The notes beneath the pieces were generated by a model that ran no database searches, had not been told where the DNA came from, and saw only the letters and a program-made list of their open reading frames with translations. The translations under genes and the position numbers were made by a program. From NCBI GenBank assembly GCA_965223795.1, contig CBDCXL010000002.1, forward strand, positions 1,760,001-1,824,000: a DNA stretch of 64,000 nt, written 5' to 3'. Positions 59,768 to 64,000 of the stretch are shown one piece after another (the first letter of the stretch is position 1; each line of letters begins with the position of its first letter). Source of the DNA: Nitrospinales bacterium (GTDB lineage: Bacteria > Nitrospinota > Nitrospinia > Nitrospinales > VA-1).

Positions 59768-61968
59768 ATGAACACCACCTCTCAAAATCGAGCCGCTGTT
59801 TTTTTTTAATCATTTTTCCCTGGCTCGTCTATCTTGCGACCGTTTCGCCCACGATCAACCACAGAGATTCGCCTGAATTCGTCGCGGCGGCGTACACCCT
59901 CGGCATCAGTCATCCGGCAGGATTTCCGCTTTACAGTCTATTAGCCAAGGCGGCCACGTTTGTTCCTTTTGGCAGCATCGCGTTCAAGGTCAATCTTTTT
60001 TCGGTCCTGTTTGCCTGCGCCACGCTCACGGCCTTGTATTTCGCCGCGACCCGGCTGCTTGCGCATCTTTACCGGAAAGACAACCCTGCGGCGTTCGTGT
60101 GGCCGGCGTTTCTGGCTGCGGGGCTGCTGGCGTTCTGCGCCCCGTTCTGGCTGCACGCTCTGGTCGCGGAAGTGTACACGCTGCACGCCTTTTTCATCTG
60201 CGTCCTCATCGTGCTTTTGCTTTTGTGGCGCGAGAAGGACGACGTCCGCTATCTGTACGGCGCCGCCCTGCTGTACGGTCTGAGCGCCGGCAATCACGCC
60301 ACGGTGGCGTTTTTGCTGCCCGCGATCCTGGTGGTGTTTTTCGCGTGGTGCCGCAAGGACACAGGCAGGCACCTGGCCGCATGCACGGCGTTTTTCCTGA
60401 TCGGCCTTTCGGTGTACAGCTACCTGCCCGTCCGTTCCATGACGGAGCCGTCTTTGGACTGGGGCAATCCGGAAACGGTGGAGCGGTTTTTGTATCAGGT
60501 CACCGACCGTAAGGACGCGGGCACGCATTTTTCCGTTCTGCGGTCGTCCGCGGGTGCCGAAGACGCGGGTCTTATAGGGGCGGCGGGCGCGGCGTGGAAC
60601 GCGGCTGCGCGAGTGCTGCGGTCTTTCTGTTCGGACATCGGTCAGAACCTGACCTGGATCGCGTTGTTCGGTTTTTTTGCGGGCATCTATTTCATCCTGC
60701 GGAGAAACCCGGCACTGACCGCGTTTTTTCTGCTCATCGTGGCGGTCAACGCGACGTTTTTCGCGCACTGGAGAGAGGAAAGTTTCATCCCGTCCTACAT
60801 CGTGGTGTGTTTGTTCACCGCCGTCGCCCTGTACGCGGTGTTTTTCAGAAAACTCGATGCGGATGCGGAACAGCTCGGACGTCACCCGGCGATCCTGGCG
60901 ACGCAGAAGGCGTTCACGCAAATGGACTGGCCCAAGGCCATCGTGCCGGCGCTGGTGTGCGTGATCGGCTGGAATGCGTTCACCGGTTATCCCAGGGTGG
61001 ACCGCTCGGATCTGTACTTCGGCGAGACCTGGCTCAAGCGCGTGTTCCTGTCGCTGGAAAACCGCAGCGTGTTCGTCACCGGAAACTCGTGGTTCGACTA
61101 TTTCTACAATCAGGATGTGGCCCGCCTGCGCGACGACGTGACCGCAGTGAAAGCCTGGGACTTTCTCGATACGGAGCCGCCGGCGATCCTGACGGCGCGG
61201 CGCTATCCCGATCTCGACCTGCCGGACGCCACCGCCCACAGTTTTCAGTCGCGGGAAGGGGCGCAGCGCTATCTCAACGCCTTCATCGACGCCAACAAAG
61301 ACCGGCGGCCCATTCTGATGGATCAGAACATCACGTTCTTCGAACAGCTGCCGATGGAGCCGCGGTTTGAGCCGTACAAAAACATCCTGCTCAAATTCGA
61401 CAACGGTGCAAAAGCGAAACCGGAAGCCGGCCTGGCGGCGTTTGAACAATTCAAAGCCCTGATGACCGGCGAACTCAAGAAGCCGGGGATCGAGCGCACG
61501 GAATGGATCACCAAGATTTCGTTCTACATTCCCTCGTTCGCGCGTTATTTTCACGCGACGCAACGCTATTCCGAGGAACGCGCGGTGCTGAAACTGATGC
61601 ACGATTTCCTCGGACATCAGGGACTGACCTGGCTGTTTCAGATGACGGACAACCTGATTTTGGACGGCCAGACCGTGCTCGCGGAAGCGCATCTTGAAAT
61701 GATGCGGGAACGCTTCCCGGATCACTATGAAACGCACCTGGCGCAGGGGCTCTTCCATCTGGCACTGAAAGAATACGAACAATCCATTCGCGCGCTCAAG
61801 ACCGCGGCGGCAAAGAACCCGTCCGGTTTCCGCCCTTATCTGGAACTGGCGAGAGCGTACCACGAATTGGGCGAGCGGGAACGCGCCCAGGAGGAGCGCG
61901 CCCGCGCGCAGCAGCGCATTCGGACTTTAGGCGACCTTGAAAAGGTGCGCGGGCTGCCGGTGGGTTGA
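59768..61968 (+). CDS. TMEM260/DUF2723-family GT-C glycosyltransferase with C-terminal TPRs; frameshifted at T9 tract 59799-59807
   Basis: Frame upstream of the tracked ORF (60034) reads YLATVSPTINHRDSPEFVAAAYTLGISHPAGFPLY; also AEVYTL, GNH, YLPVRS...LDWGNP; ATG 59768 joins it only with one more T. Confidence 0.82.
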
Positions 61969-62025
61969 GGGTGCGCGGAGAATGAGGACCCCTTTTTTAT
62001 CAACGCATGAAACGCAGACAGCAGA

Positions 62026-63003
62026 ATGTATAAACAAAAATCCATAGCCGTCGTGGTTCCCGCTCACAACGAAGAGCGGCTGATCCTGAGAGTGCTGCAG
62101 ACGATGCCCGACTGGGTCGACAAGGTCTTCGTGGTGGACGACTGCAGCCGGGACCGGACCGCGGAAATCGTGCGCCGCCACATCAAGGAGGACCCGCGCG
62201 TCAAGCTCATCCGCCACGAGGAAAACGGCGGTGTCGGCGCCGCCATCCGCACCGGCTACAAGGCAAGCGTCAAGCAGGAATGCGACATCGCGGTGGTGAT
62301 GGCGGGCGACGCGCAGATGGACCCGCAGGACCTGGAAAAAGTGGTGCGTCCGGTGGCGGAAGACAAGGCCGACTACTGCAAGGGCAACCGGCTGTTCGAA
62401 GGCCAGTCCTGGGACGTCATTCCGCGCTACCGCTACATCGGCAACGCGGTGCTGTCCCTGCTCACGAAAATCGCCAGCGGCTACTGGCATGTGGCGGACT
62501 CGCAGTGCGGCTTCACCGCCATATCGAGAGAAGCGTTACTAGCGATCGACGTGGATTCCATCTATCCGCGCTACGGGATGCCCAACGACATGCTGGTCAA
62601 GCTCAACATCGCCAACCAGCGCGTGTGCGACGTATCCATCCGTCCTGTGTACAACATCGGCGAGGTCTCGGGCATCCGGGTCTCGCGCGTCGTCACCTCC
62701 ATTTCGCGGCTTCTGGTTGCCAGCTTCTTCAAACGCCTGCTGCACAAATACGTCATTCGGGACTTCCATCCCCTCATCTTCTTTTACACGCTGGGCATGG
62801 TTTCCTTTCCCACCGGGGTTCTGAGCGGCCTGTACCTGTTTTGCTACCGGTTTTCCATCGGCCCGGTCTCGGTCACCAGCGCCCTGTTCTCGGCGTTTCT
62901 GGTCATTTCCGGCCTGCAGTTCCTGCTGTTCGCCATGTGGTTCGACATGGAATGCAACAAGCACCTCAAAGGCTACCTGAACGACCGCAGAAGCGGCTCC
63001 TGA
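62026..63003 (+). CDS. GT2 polyprenol-phosphate glycosyltransferase (DPM1-like)
   Basis: VVVPAHNE, VVDDCSRD, NGGVGAAIRTG, MAGDAQMDP, DSQCGF, two C-terminal TMs. Confidence 0.88.
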   Translation: MYKQKSIAVVVPAHNEERLILRVLQTMPDWVDKVFVVDDCSRDRTAEIVRRHIKEDPRVKLIRHEENGGVGAAIRTGYKASVKQECDIAVVMAGDAQMDPQDLEKVVRPVAEDKADYCKGNRLFEGQSWDVIPRYRYIGNAVLSLLTKIASGYWHVADSQCGFTAISREALLAIDVDSIYPRYGMPNDMLVKLNIANQRVCDVSIRPVYNIGEVSGIRVSRVVTSISRLLVASFFKRLLHKYVIRDFHPLIFFYTLGMVSFPTGVLSGLYLFCYRFSIGPVSVTSALFSAFLVISGLQFLLFAMWFDMECNKHLKGYLNDRRSGS

Positions 63004-63200
63004 CTCTGAAAGCCCCTGTAAAACCGTCACTTTTTCCTGAACCTGCCTTTCCGGGCCCGATTTCGGGCCGGGCCGGACTCCAGAAACCCGATATCCGGGC
63101 CTGAGCGGCGGAATATTGCCGGAAAGAATGCCGCCCCTGCCGGGGTTCGGACCGGCTTTAGATGGTTGATTTTACAGGCGTCCAGCCGGCCGTTATCCTA

Positions 63201-63229
63201 TTGAATCCAAAGGGGTAACCCGATATAAT
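63201..63229 (+). promoter_or_regulatory. sigma70-type promoter of nadB (probably leaderless)
   Basis: TTGAAT-17 nt-TATAAT, 6 nt to ATG. Confidence 0.7.
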
Positions 63230-63235
63230 GGGACG

Positions 63236-64000
63236 ATGAGCACGCAAAAGGACTTTTTGGTTCTCGGAAGCGGTGTGGCGGGCCTGACTTATGCGCTCAA
63301 GGTCGCGGATTTTGGTTCCGTGGGCATCCTGACCAAGGACGCGCTCGAGGAGTCGGCCACGAAATACGCCCAGGGTGGAATCGCCTCGGTCATGGCGGAG
63401 GACGATTCCTGCGATCTGCACGTGCAGGACACCCTGCAGGCGGGACGCGGGCTGTGCCGGGAGGACGTCGTTCGCATCATCTGCCGGGAAGGCCCCGCGC
63501 GGGTGCGCGAGCTCATCGGCCTGGGCGCGCAGTTCGACCGCACCCACAGCAAGGAATACCACCTGAGCCGCGAAGGCGGCCATTCCAAGCACCGGATTCT
63601 GCACGCCAACGACCTCACCGGCTGGGAAATCGAACGCACCCTGATCGAAGCGGTGCACCAGAAAGAAAACATCGAGGTGTTCCCGCACCATATGGCCATC
63701 GACCTCATCACCCTGGCGCGTCTCGATCCTTCGGTGACGCCGGGCAGCGAGCAGGATGAGGCGCTGGGGCTTTACGCGCTCGATATCAAGAACAACCGGG
63801 TGAAAACGTTCCTCGGACGTGTGACGCTGCTGGCCACGGGCGGCGCCGGCAAGGTCTACCTGTACACGTCGAATCCCGACACGGCCACCGGAGACGGCGT
63901 GGCCATCGCTTTTCGGGCAGGGGCTGAGATCGCCAACATGGAATTTTTCCAGTTTCACCCCACCTGCCTGTACCACCCGAAAGCCAAGTCGTTTCTCATC
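63236..64000 (+). CDS. nadB: L-aspartate oxidase (3' truncated by window edge; absent from ORF track)
   Basis: Manual translation MSTQKDFLVLGSGVAGLTYAL...YAQGGIA...REGGHSKHRILHANDLTG...LATGGAGKVYLYTSNPDTATGDG...NMEFFQFHPT. Confidence 0.95.
   Translation, partial: MSTQKDFLVLGSGVAGLTYALKVADFGSVGILTKDALEESATKYAQGGIASVMAEDDSCDLHVQDTLQAGRGLCREDVVRIICREGPARVRELIGLGAQFDRTHSKEYHLSREGGHSKHRILHANDLTGWEIERTLIEAVHQKENIEVFPHHMAIDLITLARLDPSVTPGSEQDEALGLYALDIKNNRVKTFLGRVTLLATGGAGKVYLYTSNPDTATGDGVAIAFRAGAEIANMEFFQFHPTCLYHPKAKSFLI

Overview
A 64-kb, gene-dense bacterial chromosome segment of moderately high GC. Gene content and order resemble a Nitrospina-like or deltaproteobacteria-like organism; this is inference, not a database result. 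It runs from the 3' part of mnmG to the 5' part of nadB. Housekeeping genes include apt, glyQ and glyS (separated by a membrane-anchored NTPase-TPR gene), ppdK, nagZ, a fabF-like gene, miaB, aroB, rsfS, nadD, a DksA-family gene, and a 59-aa yacG missed by the ORF track. The dominant theme is a type IVa pilus system in three loci, each behind a sigma54-like promoter: HTH-pilMNOPQ-aroB, fimT-pilV-pilX-pilW (very large minor pilins, no pilY1 here), and pilA followed by a TMEM260/DUF2723-like GT-C transferase and a DPM1-like GT2. The last locus is the best candidate for an undescribed system: pilin O-glycosylation by a TMEM260-type enzyme, whose gene is frameshifted at a 5' T9 tract (phase variation or a homopolymer sequencing error). 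Other notable items: a phage-like XRE switch with face-to-face promoters beside an AT-rich broken gene, a sigma28-driven orphan flaG pair, three probably leaderless genes, and several domains lacking their catalytic or metal-binding residues. No rRNA, tRNA, CRISPR array or intact transposase/integrase was seen.
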